From an uncultured Oscillospiraceae bacterium (GTDB lineage: Bacteria; Bacillota; Clostridia; Oscillospirales; Ruminococcaceae), in contig CAZDSQ010000001.1 of the NCBI GenBank assembly GCA_964508295.1, positions 1-56,764 of the forward strand: a stretch of 56,764 bases of DNA, given 5' to 3'. Positions 39,412 through 49,440 of the stretch are shown piece by piece. Position 1 is the first letter of the stretch. Each line of letters begins with the position of its first letter. The position numbers and the translations under genes were made by a program. The notes below the pieces were generated by a model. That model worked only from the letters and a program-made list of their open reading frames with translations. It searched no databases and had not been told where the DNA came from.

Positions 39412-42400
39412 ATGTCCGAGTTTGTGCATCTCCACGTTCACAGCGAATACAGCCTACTTGACGGCGCTTGCAGAATCAAGCGTCTTGTTAGTCGTGCAAA
39501 AGAGCTCGGACAACCTGCCGTTGCAATAACCGACCACGGAGTAATGAACGGCGTTGTTGATTTTTATAAAGAGTGCATTGCGCAGGGAGTTAAACCCATC
39601 ATTGGCTGTGAGGTTTATGTTGCTCCGAGAACAAGATTTGACAAGGTTTCGGGTATTGATGTGTCGCCTTATCATCTTGTTTTGCTTTGTAAAAATAATG
39701 TTGGCTACCAAAATCTTATTAAAATGGTTTCCCAGGCTTTCACCGAAGGATTTTACACTAAACCAAGAGTTGATTTAGAGCTACTTGAAGAAAATTCCGA
39801 AGGTCTTATTGCGCTTTCTGCTTGCCTTGCAGGAGAAGTTCCCAGAAAACTTGTGAATGATGATTATAACGGCGCCAAAGCCGCTGCCGAAAGATATATT
39901 GACGTTTTTGGAAAAGAGAACTTCTTTATCGAAATTCAGGACCACGGAATTGTAGAGCAGAAAAAGATTTTAGGCGATTTAAATAGACTTTCAAAAGAGC
40001 TTGGCGTCGGTCTTGTTGCAACAAATGATGCTCATTATATCGAAAAAATTGATTCAAAAATGCAGAATGTTCTGATTAGCATTCAGACAGGCAAGACTAT
40101 TTACGATGAGGGCGGACTTGAATTTTCTACAGAGGAATTTTATATAAAATCCAAAGAGGAAATGGAAAAATTGTTTTCTGCCTTTGATGGTGCTATTGAA
40201 AATACGGTTAAAATTGCTGATATGTGCAATGTAACATTTGAGTTTGGAAACACTAAACTGCCTAATTACACCGCGCCCACAGGTGAAAATAACCGCGATT
40301 ATTTCTATAGACTCTGCTTTGAGGGGCTTTATAGAAATTACGGCAAAGATGTTGACGAGAAAATAGTTGACAGATTAAATTATGAGCTTTCAATCATAGA
40401 AAAAATGGGATATATCACTTATTATCTCATTGTTTATGATTTCATTCGCTTCGCTAGGGAAAATGATATTCCCGTTGGCCCAGGCAGAGGCTCGGGCGCG
40501 GGAAGCCTTGCGGCTTATTGCATTGGTATAACGGGAATTGACCCAATCAGATACAATCTTCTCTTCGAGCGTTTTCTTAACCCCGAAAGAGTCAGTATGC
40601 CTGACTTTGACGTTGACTTTTGTTACGAGCGCAGGCAGGAAGTTATTGACTATGTTATAAGAAAATACGGCGCTGATCACGTTGCACAAATCGTTACTTT
40701 TGGTACGATGGCGGCAAAGCAGGCTATTCGCGATGTAGGCAGGGCGCTTGGAATGAGCTATCAAGCAGTTGATGAAATCGCCAAGCTTGTCCCCAACGAC
40801 CTTAAAATCACAATTGAAAAAGCACTTAATTCTTCTGAAAAGTTAAGAGAAAAATACAACGAGAGCGCGCAAATCAAAGAGCTTATTGATATGGCTCAAA
40901 AGGTTGAGGGAATGCCGCGCCACAGTTCTATGCACGCGGCAGGTGTTGTTATCACTGACAAGCCGGTTTCGGACTATGTTCCTTTGCAAAAAAACGATGA
41001 CAGCGTTGTAACCCAGTTTCCAATGACCACCCTTGAAGAGCTTGGCCTTCTTAAGATGGACTTTCTTGGGTTGCGCACACTTACTGTGATTGACGATACT
41101 GTAAAGCAGATAAAAAAAAGAAATCCCAAATTTGATGAAAACAGCATATCTATAAATGACAAGGAAACCTTTTTAATGCTCTCAAAGGGCAACACAAAGG
41201 GCGTTTTCCAGTTTGAATCTGCCGGTATGAGAGAGGAGCTTATGGCTCTTAAACCTGAAAATATTGAGGATCTAATTGCTATTATCTCTCTATATCGTCC
41301 GGGACCTATGGATTCTATTCCGCAGTATAATAAAAACCGCCACAATCCCGAGGGCATAACCTACAAGCATCCGCTGTTAAAGCCCATATTAGAGGTTACC
41401 TATGGTTGCATCGTTTATCAAGAGCAGGTTATGCAGATTTTCCGCGAGCTTGCGGGATACTCTCTTGGAAAGGCTGACCTTGTAAGGCGCGCAATGTCAA
41501 AGAAAAAATTTGACGTTATGGAAAAGGAACGCAAGAACTTTATTTACGGTTCTGACGAGTGCGATGGAGCGATCAAGCGTGGCGTTGATGAAAAAACCGC
41601 CAACGAGATATTTGACCAGATGCTGAGCTTTGCTTCTTACGCCTTTAATAAATCTCATGCGGCGGCTTACGCGTTTGTTTCATACAAAACTGCATATCTT
41701 AAATGCCATTATCCCGTTGAATTTATGGCAGCGCTTATGACAAGCGTGCTTGAAAATACAGACAAGCTGATTTCCTATGTTTCTGCTTGTAGCGAAATGG
41801 GAATCAAGGTTTTGCCGCCTGATATTTCAAAGAGCGATATGGGCTTTACTGTTGATAATAACAACATTCGTTTTGGACTTCTTGCTATTAAAAACCTTGG
41901 AAAAGGTGTTATTAACTCAATAATAAAAAGTCGCCAACAGCAAGGCGAGTTTAAGTCCTTCTATGATTTCTGCAAGCGACTCAGCGGCAAGGATTTTAAC
42001 AAAAAGTCCATTGAAAGCCTAATAAAGAGTGGTGCGCTGGATTCACTCGAGTATAATCGCAGGCAGATGCTTGAGGGTTACACCGAGGTGCTTGACGGTG
42101 TTGACGCCGAGAATAAGAGAACAATGTTCGGTCAAACCAACCTATTTGCGATGGAAAGCGTAAGCTTTACAGAGTCAAGCGGAGTGTCACTTGCACCCAA
42201 AGAGGAGTTTACAAACGATATAATTCTTAAGTTTGAAAAAGAAACTGTTGGAATGTTTATCTCTGGACACCCCATTACGCCGTATACTTCGCTTATTAAA
42301 AAGCATAGTTTTGTTACAAGCGGCGATTTAAACGATGGCTCTGGGCGCTTTTATGATGGGCAAAAGGTAAGTGTTCTGGGGGTAATTACTCAAATCAAGC

Positions 42401-42876
42401 TTAAAAACACAAGATCTAACAGATCGATGGCATATATTACATTAGAGGATATGGAAGGCGAGATCGAGGTTCTTGCATTCCCGAATATTCTTGCGAGATT
42501 TGAAAGTATGCTTTATGAGTATAAGGTTGATAACCAAAAGAGCATAGTTGTTATAAACGGTTCACTTGATATGAAGGACGAGGGAAGTGCTAAGCTTATA
42601 TGTGACAGCGTTTCTTTTGCAGAGGATCTTGTAAAACCTGAGCCTAAAGAGAAAAAGCTATTCCTGAAAGTGCCTTCTGAGGACTCTTACGAATACAAAA
42701 GCATCTTAAATCTTATTTCACGCGCCGGCCGGGGAGATTATCAGGTTATCGTGCGAATTGCTGATAACAACAAGCTTCTTAAATTAGGTGACAAATTCAC
42801 AACCGACTGTAACTACATTCTTATTGGTAACATTCGCGATTTGATAGGTGATGAGTGTGTTGTGATAAGAGATTAG
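39412..42876 (+). CDS. dnaE: DNA polymerase III alpha subunit (DnaE type)
   Basis: 1154 aa. PHP domain FVHLHVHSEYSLLDG, palm motif PDFDVDF, and a C-terminal OB fold. Confidence 0.95.
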   Translation: MSEFVHLHVHSEYSLLDGACRIKRLVSRAKELGQPAVAITDHGVMNGVVDFYKECIAQGVKPIIGCEVYVAPRTRFDKVSGIDVSPYHLVLLCKNNVGYQNLIKMVSQAFTEGFYTKPRVDLELLEENSEGLIALSACLAGEVPRKLVNDDYNGAKAAAERYIDVFGKENFFIEIQDHGIVEQKKILGDLNRLSKELGVGLVATNDAHYIEKIDSKMQNVLISIQTGKTIYDEGGLEFSTEEFYIKSKEEMEKLFSAFDGAIENTVKIADMCNVTFEFGNTKLPNYTAPTGENNRDYFYRLCFEGLYRNYGKDVDEKIVDRLNYELSIIEKMGYITYYLIVYDFIRFARENDIPVGPGRGSGAGSLAAYCIGITGIDPIRYNLLFERFLNPERVSMPDFDVDFCYERRQEVIDYVIRKYGADHVAQIVTFGTMAAKQAIRDVGRALGMSYQAVDEIAKLVPNDLKITIEKALNSSEKLREKYNESAQIKELIDMAQKVEGMPRHSSMHAAGVVITDKPVSDYVPLQKNDDSVVTQFPMTTLEELGLLKMDFLGLRTLTVIDDTVKQIKKRNPKFDENSISINDKETFLMLSKGNTKGVFQFESAGMREELMALKPENIEDLIAIISLYRPGPMDSIPQYNKNRHNPEGITYKHPLLKPILEVTYGCIVYQEQVMQIFRELAGYSLGKADLVRRAMSKKKFDVMEKERKNFIYGSDECDGAIKRGVDEKTANEIFDQMLSFASYAFNKSHAAAYAFVSYKTAYLKCHYPVEFMAALMTSVLENTDKLISYVSACSEMGIKVLPPDISKSDMGFTVDNNNIRFGLLAIKNLGKGVINSIIKSRQQQGEFKSFYDFCKRLSGKDFNKKSIESLIKSGALDSLEYNRRQMLEGYTEVLDGVDAENKRTMFGQTNLFAMESVSFTESSGVSLAPKEEFTNDIILKFEKETVGMFISGHPITPYTSLIKKHSFVTSGDLNDGSGRFYDGQKVSVLGVITQIKLKNTRSNRSMAYITLEDMEGEIEVLAFPNILARFESMLYEYKVDNQKSIVVINGSLDMKDEGSAKLICDSVSFAEDLVKPEPKEKKLFLKVPSEDSYEYKSILNLISRAGRGDYQVIVRIADNNKLLKLGDKFTTDCNYILIGNIRDLIGDECVVIRD

Positions 42877-42928
42877 AGGATGTAACATAAAGTAAAAAAG
42901 ATGAGCGATTTGTCCATAAAAAAGTTCT

Positions 42929-42966
42929 TGTCAAATATTGACATAAATGTAACATAGTTATAAACT
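42929..42966 (+). promoter_or_regulatory. Putative pfkA promoter with a perfect inverted repeat over the -35 box
   Basis: TGTCAA-ATA-TTGACA at 42929-42943. TTGACA (42938-42943), 17-nt spacer, TAAACT. Confidence 0.4.
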
Positions 42967-43002
42967 TATTTATAGTATATACTATATTATGGAGGAATCA
43001 GT

Positions 43003-43962
43003 ATGCGATCAATCGGTGTTTTAACAAGCGGAGGAGATGCTCCCGGTATGAACGCTGCCGTTCGTTCGGTTGTGCGCTGTGCTCTCGCTGAGGGATTTAA
43101 GGTTTATGGTATTTATGATGGTTATAACGGTCTTATCAATGGCAAAATTGAAGAGATGTCCGTTAATAGTGTTTCTAATATTATAAATAAGGGCGGTACA
43201 GCTATTTATACCGCAAGATGCCTTGAGTTTAAGGATCAGGAAGGCGTTTTAAAGGGAAAAGAAACCTGCGAAAAGCTTGGCATTGAAGGTCTTGTTGTTA
43301 TTGGAGGAGATGGATCTTTCCGTGGTGCAGCTGATCTTTCGTCAGCCGGCATTAACTGCGTAGGTATCCCCGGAACTATTGATAATGATATTACCTGTAC
43401 CGATTATACAATTGGTTACGACACAGCAATGAACACCGTTGTTGATTTAATTGATAAGCTTCGCGACACCTGTAACTCTCACGCTCGTTGCAGCGTTGTT
43501 GAGGTTATGGGCAGAAGATGCGGCGACCTTGCTCTTAATGCAGGTCTTGCGGGCGGTGCAACAGCTATAGTTGTTCCTGAAATTCCTTTTGATTTTGAAA
43601 AGGATATTCTTGCAAAGGTTGTTGACGCTAAAAACAGAGGCAAGCACAACTTCATCGTTGTTGTTGCTGAGGGAATCGGTGGCTCTGCTGAAATTGCAAA
43701 GAAGATCGAGGAAGCTACCGGAATTGAAACCCGTGCCGCTATCTTAGCACACATTCAGCGTGGTGGCGCTCCTTCCGCAAAGGACAGAATCATTGCTTCA
43801 AGAATGGGTAAATATGCTGTTGACCTCTTAAAGAATGGAATCGGTAACAGAGTTGTTGCTATGAAGGGTAACGAAATTGTTGACTATAATATCCACGAGG
43901 CTCTTAAAATGAAAAAGAGCATCGATCAGGAGCTCTTTAAGCTGGCAGATTTAATTAAATAA
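43003..43962 (+). CDS. pfkA: ATP-dependent 6-phosphofructokinase
   Basis: 319 aa. GVLTSGGDAPGMNAA, GGDGS and PGTIDND motifs. Confidence 0.92.
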   Translation: MRSIGVLTSGGDAPGMNAAVRSVVRCALAEGFKVYGIYDGYNGLINGKIEEMSVNSVSNIINKGGTAIYTARCLEFKDQEGVLKGKETCEKLGIEGLVVIGGDGSFRGAADLSSAGINCVGIPGTIDNDITCTDYTIGYDTAMNTVVDLIDKLRDTCNSHARCSVVEVMGRRCGDLALNAGLAGGATAIVVPEIPFDFEKDILAKVVDAKNRGKHNFIVVVAEGIGGSAEIAKKIEEATGIETRAAILAHIQRGGAPSAKDRIIASRMGKYAVDLLKNGIGNRVVAMKGNEIVDYNIHEALKMKKSIDQELFKLADLIK

Positions 43963-43966
43963 AACC

Positions 43967-44003
43967 AGAACCCTATGTAATTTGTTACATAGGGTTCTTT
44001 TTT
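43967..44003. terminator. Bidirectional terminator at the convergence of pfkA and the FAD-protein gene
   Basis: 14-bp perfect stem AGAACCCTATGTAA/TTACATAGGGTTCT with a 4-nt loop, a T-run downstream and an A-run upstream. Confidence 0.75.
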
Positions 44004-45595
44004 TATATAGGTTTATATTTTTCGATCAGAGCAAGCGCAACTTTAATGCCGTCAACTGCAGCGCTCATGATTCCGCCTGCATATCCCGCGCCTTCACCGC
44101 ATGGGTAAAGTCCACTTACAGACACAGACTCCAGATTTTCTCCACGCAGAATTCTGACTGGAGATGATGTTCTTGTTTCGATGCCGGTTAAAATAGCGTC
44201 ATTTGCATCAAAACCGCGTATTTTTCGCCCAAAATCATTTAAACCGAATTTCATCATATCTGAAATTTCAGAGGGGAAAATAGCGTTAAAATTGCATTCT
44301 TTTACACCGAGCGAGTAGGTGGGCTCAACTCTGCCTATATTAAGCTCGGCTTTGTTGTTAAGAAAAGCACCAATATTTTGAGCGGGGGCAGAGTAGTTAC
44401 TGCCTCCTGCAACAAATGCGGCTTTTTCGTATTTTCTCTGGAAGTTGATTGCATCCATAGGATTTTCGCCGAAATCCTTTCCCGAAACCGAAACAACAAG
44501 CGCGCTGTTTGCATTTTTGCCGTCTCTCGCGAAAACACTCATTCCATTTGTAACAACAGTTCCTGCTTCGGAGGACGACGGCACAACAGTTCCGCCTGGG
44601 CACATACAAAAGGTGTAAACAGCTCTATCATTTTTTCTGAGCGAAAGCTGATATTCACCCTTTGAAAGAAGCGGATGACCTGCGTATTTTCCGTATAAAC
44701 CAAAATTTATGTCGTCCTGCAGATGCTCAATTCTGACGCCAATTGAAAATGGCTTTGTTTGCATTATAATATCCTTGCTAAGTAGCATTTCAAAGGTATC
44801 TCTGGCACTGTGCCCGATAGCTAAAACAAGAGTAGAGCAGGGAATAGGCGAGTTATTTATGAAAATTCGCTCAATTTTGCCGTTTTTGACCGCTAAATCA
44901 GTTAACTGAGAATGATTTAAAACCTCGCCGCCGAGCAAAATAATCTCGGTTTTGATTGATTTAACGACCTCTCTCAAATAATCCGTTCCAATATGCGGCT
45001 TTGCCTTTTTAAGAATCTCAGACGGTGCGCCAAAACGAACAAGTTCATTTAAAACAAAATCACAAAGAGGATCATTGATTCGGGTGGTAAGTTTACCATC
45101 AGAAAAAGTTCCTGCGCCGCCTTCACCAAACTGAACATTGCTTTGGGTATCAAGCTTACCGGTTTCCCAGAACAGAGAAACATCCTTTACGCGCTTATCT
45201 ACTTCTGCACCGCGTTCGATAATAATCGGTCGATAGCCGTATCTTGCTAATACCAAGCCAGCAAACATTCCGGCGGGTCCAAAGCCAACAATTACAGGTC
45301 TGTTTTTTAATTCGGTTTTTCCGCAAGTGGCTTTTGGAAGTGATGATGTAATATTTCTAAAAGTTATTTTTGAGTTGTTGAGCTTTTTAACAAGAGTTTT
45401 CTCGTCTTTTTCAGTTACAAAACCAACAGATGAAACAAGCTGAGGTTGTTTCCTGTGTCTTGCATCTATTGATGTTTTAAGTACAAAGCAATCTAATATA
45501 TCATTATTAGACAACGAAACAAGCTTTGTTGCTTTTTCTATTGACAAGTTAGGATTATCATTAAGGTTTGTTATAATATCAGAAACAACAATCAA
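44003..45595 (-). CDS. FAD-dependent protein (COG2509-like uncharacterised dehydrogenase)
   Basis: 530 aa. Dinucleotide-binding motif VIVGFGPAGMFAG and C-terminal CGEGAGYAGGI. Confidence 0.7.
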   Translation of the reverse strand: MIVVSDIITNLNDNPNLSIEKATKLVSLSNNDILDCFVLKTSIDARHRKQPQLVSSVGFVTEKDEKTLVKKLNNSKITFRNITSSLPKATCGKTELKNRPVIVGFGPAGMFAGLVLARYGYRPIIIERGAEVDKRVKDVSLFWETGKLDTQSNVQFGEGGAGTFSDGKLTTRINDPLCDFVLNELVRFGAPSEILKKAKPHIGTDYLREVVKSIKTEIILLGGEVLNHSQLTDLAVKNGKIERIFINNSPIPCSTLVLAIGHSARDTFEMLLSKDIIMQTKPFSIGVRIEHLQDDINFGLYGKYAGHPLLSKGEYQLSLRKNDRAVYTFCMCPGGTVVPSSSEAGTVVTNGMSVFARDGKNANSALVVSVSGKDFGENPMDAINFQRKYEKAAFVAGGSNYSAPAQNIGAFLNNKAELNIGRVEPTYSLGVKECNFNAIFPSEISDMMKFGLNDFGRKIRGFDANDAILTGIETRTSSPVRILRGENLESVSVSGLYPCGEGAGYAGGIMSAAVDGIKVALALIEKYKPI

Positions 45596-45658
45596 TTGCT
45601 TTCACCTCTCATTTTACAAAATGAAGCCGCCCCGCATTAGCAGAGCGGCTTTTTGAAT

Positions 45659-46918
45659 TTAGTCAGCTCGAACTACAACTTCATAACTTCCGTATGCCCA
45701 GAAAACACCTTTTTTAGTAGGAACAGTAATTGTGGCAGGAAGAGTTGTTACGCCGCTTGAAAGCGTAGTAGCCGAAAAATCAACTTCTATAATAATATCC
45801 TGAGCAGTGATGCTGTTGATGATTGTTCGTTCTCCAACTAAAACAACATTACTGAGTTTCTTTGTAATAAGACTTATTTCCTTGTCCTCAGGGGCGCTGA
45901 TAAATTTAAACTGATTTACAGAGAATGTTTTTTGTTGCATATTGTTTGAAGGAATCGTTACATCAACCGAGGTTGTGTTTGCGATGTTTATAAATCCTGA
46001 CGGGAGTTCGATGTCTAATGTTACAACATCACCGGGTTTAACACTCTTTAAATCAACATATCTGACATAAAGCTGTGACATTGCATCAATAGTTTCAACA
46101 GGACCCGCAACCTCAATCTCTGTGAGTGAAAGTGTATATGCAAACTCACTGTCTGTAAAATTAGTGGGCTTATTTATAAAATCAGCGGCGATTGGGAGCT
46201 TTTTAATTTTAAGAACCGGAACAGAAACATCCACAACCTCTTTGTCAAAAGTTATACTCTGACTTTCAACAGTATTTCCGGACTCATCATAGAGAACTAA
46301 GGGAACTGATGTAAATGTAGCTGTTTCTGTTAGATCTTTTTTACGGTCATTTATTTTTGCAATACAGTTTGTGACTGTATTTATAACACTTTCAGGACCA
46401 GAAATAGTGACTTCTTGAGAGGTAGGATAACCTTTATCAAGCATAAACTCGTCTTTAGCCGAGAGATTTGAAATATCGGTTGTAATTGGAAGAGTTTTTG
46501 TTGATAGCTTGTCAAAATTAACTTGAATTGATTTTGGTGAATAATCAAGAACGGTTAAATTCTTGTTTTGATCTCTAAGACTCACATCAATGTAAACTGT
46601 ATGTTTACCCGTAGTAGTAACTCTACCAACAGAAAGACTAACCAAAAAATCTTCTTTTGTGACAGAATTTAAGGCACCGCGCGAGCCAGAAAGGGTAATA
46701 TCAACTGCGTCTTCGCTGTGATCAAAGGTGCTTAATCCCAAGGCGGCAACTGCTGTTCCCTCTACAGAGAAGTCAATAGGAACATTCCTAATAATTTTTT
46801 CACTTTCTGTTTTAACTGTAAGTGTTACGGCAGACCAAATAATTACAGCACCAATAATGGAAAAGACCTTGCAAAATGTTTTATTATCAAACAGTCTGGA
46901 AATATTAAAATGTTTCAT
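45659..46918 (-). CDS. cdaR: YbbR-domain protein (CdaR, regulator of diadenylate cyclase)
   Basis: 419 aa with an N-terminal TM and repeated YbbR-like beta domains. Overlaps the cdaA stop by 4 nt. Confidence 0.8.
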   Translation of the reverse strand: MKHFNISRLFDNKTFCKVFSIIGAVIIWSAVTLTVKTESEKIIRNVPIDFSVEGTAVAALGLSTFDHSEDAVDITLSGSRGALNSVTKEDFLVSLSVGRVTTTGKHTVYIDVSLRDQNKNLTVLDYSPKSIQVNFDKLSTKTLPITTDISNLSAKDEFMLDKGYPTSQEVTISGPESVINTVTNCIAKINDRKKDLTETATFTSVPLVLYDESGNTVESQSITFDKEVVDVSVPVLKIKKLPIAADFINKPTNFTDSEFAYTLSLTEIEVAGPVETIDAMSQLYVRYVDLKSVKPGDVVTLDIELPSGFINIANTTSVDVTIPSNNMQQKTFSVNQFKFISAPEDKEISLITKKLSNVVLVGERTIINSITAQDIIIEVDFSATTLSSGVTTLPATITVPTKKGVFWAYGSYEVVVRAD

Positions 46919-47811
46919 TTTGAATTCCGCCTTCCCAGAACTGATTTTATTTTGCTTTGTTTTTTTTGAATTTGATTTCCGTTCTCATCAAGATCAAATT
47001 CAAGCAGGTTTTCGGTAAGATATTCTTTGAGGGTTTCTTTTGTGAAATTGCGGATAAGCTTGCCATCAGTTGCAATGGAAATAATTCCTGTTTCCTCAGA
47101 AACTACAATCACGATTGCATCTGAAACCTCACTGACGCCCAAAGCTGCTCTGTGCCTTGAGCCAAGACTTATATTTTCAACCTTGTCAGAAGGCTGGAAG
47201 AAGCAGCTTGCGGCATACAGTCTTCCGTCACGAATTATAAGTCCGCCGTCGTGAAGGGGCGAATTAGTAAAAAAGATGTTTGTAATCAAAGAAACTGAGG
47301 GAATTGAGTCAATAACAACTGCGCGCTCAACGCTTTCGCCTAAACGAGTTTTACGCTCGATAACAATCAAGGCGCCGGTTTTGTCGCAGGACAAGCGGTA
47401 ACAAGCCTCACAAATAGGGTCAATAGAATATCTCCATTTGGAGTCGGTGTCCTTAGAAGGTTGCTTAAAAATATGCGAAATCTGGCTACGGCCAACCTTT
47501 TCAAGTGCTCTTCTGATTTCAGGTTGGAATATAAGCGCGATAGCAACAAGACCATATTGAAAAACATACTGCAGAATAAAAGAGATAGTTGTTAAATCAA
47601 ATACTATTGCAAAAAGGTAAAATACAAGGAAAAGAATAATTCCTTTAACGAGCTGAGCAGCCCTTGTTTCCCTTACAAACTTAATTGCAAAATATAAGAT
47701 AACGGCAACAAGGGCGATATCTATCAGATCAAGATACCACCTGTCAAAATTAATCAAATCATTAAATAGACTGGAAAAGAAATCTCCAACTGCAATAAAA
47801 AAATCCTGCAT
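46915..47811 (-). CDS. cdaA: Diadenylate cyclase CdaA
   Basis: Three N-terminal TM segments and a DAC domain (GALIVIER, HDGGLIIRD, GSRHRAALG). Confidence 0.9.
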   Translation of the reverse strand: MQDFFIAVGDFFSSLFNDLINFDRWYLDLIDIALVAVILYFAIKFVRETRAAQLVKGIILFLVFYLFAIVFDLTTISFILQYVFQYGLVAIALIFQPEIRRALEKVGRSQISHIFKQPSKDTDSKWRYSIDPICEACYRLSCDKTGALIVIERKTRLGESVERAVVIDSIPSVSLITNIFFTNSPLHDGGLIIRDGRLYAASCFFQPSDKVENISLGSRHRAALGVSEVSDAIVIVVSEETGIISIATDGKLIRNFTKETLKEYLTENLLEFDLDENGNQIQKKQSKIKSVLGRRNSK

Positions 47812-47912
47812 ATTAACACAATTCCTTTGCTTATTATGCTTTTATACTATTATTTTACCATATTTTTTAGAAATTTCAATGAGTTTTTGTCTATTTAATA
47901 ATAAATTTATAA

Positions 47913-49049
47913 TTATATTTGCCTTAGAATATTGCAGAGATAATCAATCTCTTTTTCAGTATTAAAATACGAAAAACTTACCCTTACAGTACCTGTTTCT
48001 CTTGTTCCCAAAAAGCTGTGTGCTATTGGAGAGCAATGTAAACCGCTTCTGACGGCTATATTATACTTGTCAAGTGTATCAGCAATATCTGTAGAGGCTT
48101 TGCCCTTTACATTGAATGAAACAGTTGCGACTGCCTTGTTTTCGGCTGGCTCGCTTGAATAAAGCAAAATATGTGGCATTTGAATCAGTTTTTTGTAAAA
48201 ATAACGTGCCAGTTCAAGTTCGTGACTGTAAATATTATTTATTCCAACTTTATTTATGAAAGAAATGCCTGCGGATAAACCTGCTGCGCCAGATACGTTA
48301 ACAGTTCCGCTTTCAGCCACATCAGGCAGAAAATCAGGCTGTTCTAAACTTGTTGAAACACTTCCGGTGCCGCCGTAAATAATAGGGGAGAGCGAAATTT
48401 TTTGATTTATTATCAGTAAACCTGTACCAGTGGGTCCAAATAGACCCTTGTGACCGGGGCAGCACAAGATATCTATGCTGTCCTGATGCATGTTTATTGG
48501 AATAATGCCTGCGGTTTGCGATGCATCTACGCAGAAAATCAGATTTTTACGCCTGCAGAGCTCTGAAATTTCTTTAATTGGTGCGATTTTTCCGGTAACA
48601 TTAGATGCATGAGTGCAAATTATCATTTTTGTGTTGACATCGGCGAGTTTTTCGAACTCTTTAACGGCCAAATCTGCGTTTTCGAATGAAATTTTAGCAA
48701 CTTTATAACTGCAGATATTATTGCTTTTAAGATAATCTAACGGCCGCATAACAGAATTATGTTCAAAATTAGAAACAATAGCATTTCCGCCGTTTTTCAT
48801 TACGCTGAATATAGCTAAATTAAGTGCCTCAGTACAGTTTTTTGTTAATATAACACGTTCACAATCAGGCATTCCAAAGAAATCAGCCGCTTTTTCTCTT
48901 AAATTATATACTATTTTGGCCGCATTTAAGGACATTTTATGGCCACTTCTACCAGGGTTTCCACCATATTTTGTAATACTATCGTAAACAGCCTTTGCAG
49001 TTTCGGGCGGTTTTGGATAAGAAGTGGCCGCATTATCAAAATAAATCAT
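47913..49049 (-). CDS. Class V aminotransferase-fold cysteine desulfurase family protein
   Basis: 378 aa. PLP lysine region CCPGHKGLFGP and active-site Cys region RSGLHCSP. Confidence 0.8.
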   Translation of the reverse strand: MIYFDNAATSYPKPPETAKAVYDSITKYGGNPGRSGHKMSLNAAKIVYNLREKAADFFGMPDCERVILTKNCTEALNLAIFSVMKNGGNAIVSNFEHNSVMRPLDYLKSNNICSYKVAKISFENADLAVKEFEKLADVNTKMIICTHASNVTGKIAPIKEISELCRRKNLIFCVDASQTAGIIPINMHQDSIDILCCPGHKGLFGPTGTGLLIINQKISLSPIIYGGTGSVSTSLEQPDFLPDVAESGTVNVSGAAGLSAGISFINKVGINNIYSHELELARYFYKKLIQMPHILLYSSEPAENKAVATVSFNVKGKASTDIADTLDKYNIAVRSGLHCSPIAHSFLGTRETGTVRVSFSYFNTEKEIDYLCNILRQI

Positions 49050-49282
49050 AAGTACACCTCGTCATCCGATCGTATGTCATTTATCTTGATATTGTTTTTT
49101 TCTAAGATATTTTTTGCGGCTTCCAGTTGATTAGAATTTATTACAACACTATAGCCACAGCCACAGCTGCTGAATTGAGAGGGAGTTTTAACTACCAAGC
49201 CATAAATATGATTTGCACTAAGAACTTTTTCTGATTTCATTGCAAATGTAACCGAAGGCATATTTATATAAATTTTTTGCAT
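49046..49282 (-). CDS. DUF3343-like small protein (putative sulfur/selenium carrier partner)
   Basis: 78 aa from MQKIY (RBS AGGAAGGTG). CGCG motif. 4-nt overlap with the downstream desulfurase gene. Confidence 0.6.
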   Translation of the reverse strand: MQKIYINMPSVTFAMKSEKVLSANHIYGLVVKTPSQFSSCGCGYSVVINSNQLEAAKNILEKNNIKINDIRSDDEVYL

Positions 49283-49440
49283 GAAAACACCTTCCTGAAT
49301 TTTTAAATTTAAAACCATTACATTATATGCAATAGAAAAAAATTTCGATAAAAGATCAGAAGATGTTTTAAAACAAATTTATAAAATATATAGTTTAAAT
49401 ACAAATCCATTCATTATAAAAAGAGGGATAAAAGCAGTAA

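Noticed and set aside
49392-49402. AGTTTAAATAC, which matches 9 of 11 positions of the reverse-complemented dif XerD arm, about 95 nt left of attL.
   Set aside because: This is AT-rich sequence where such partial matches are common. It has no partner arm at the right spacing.
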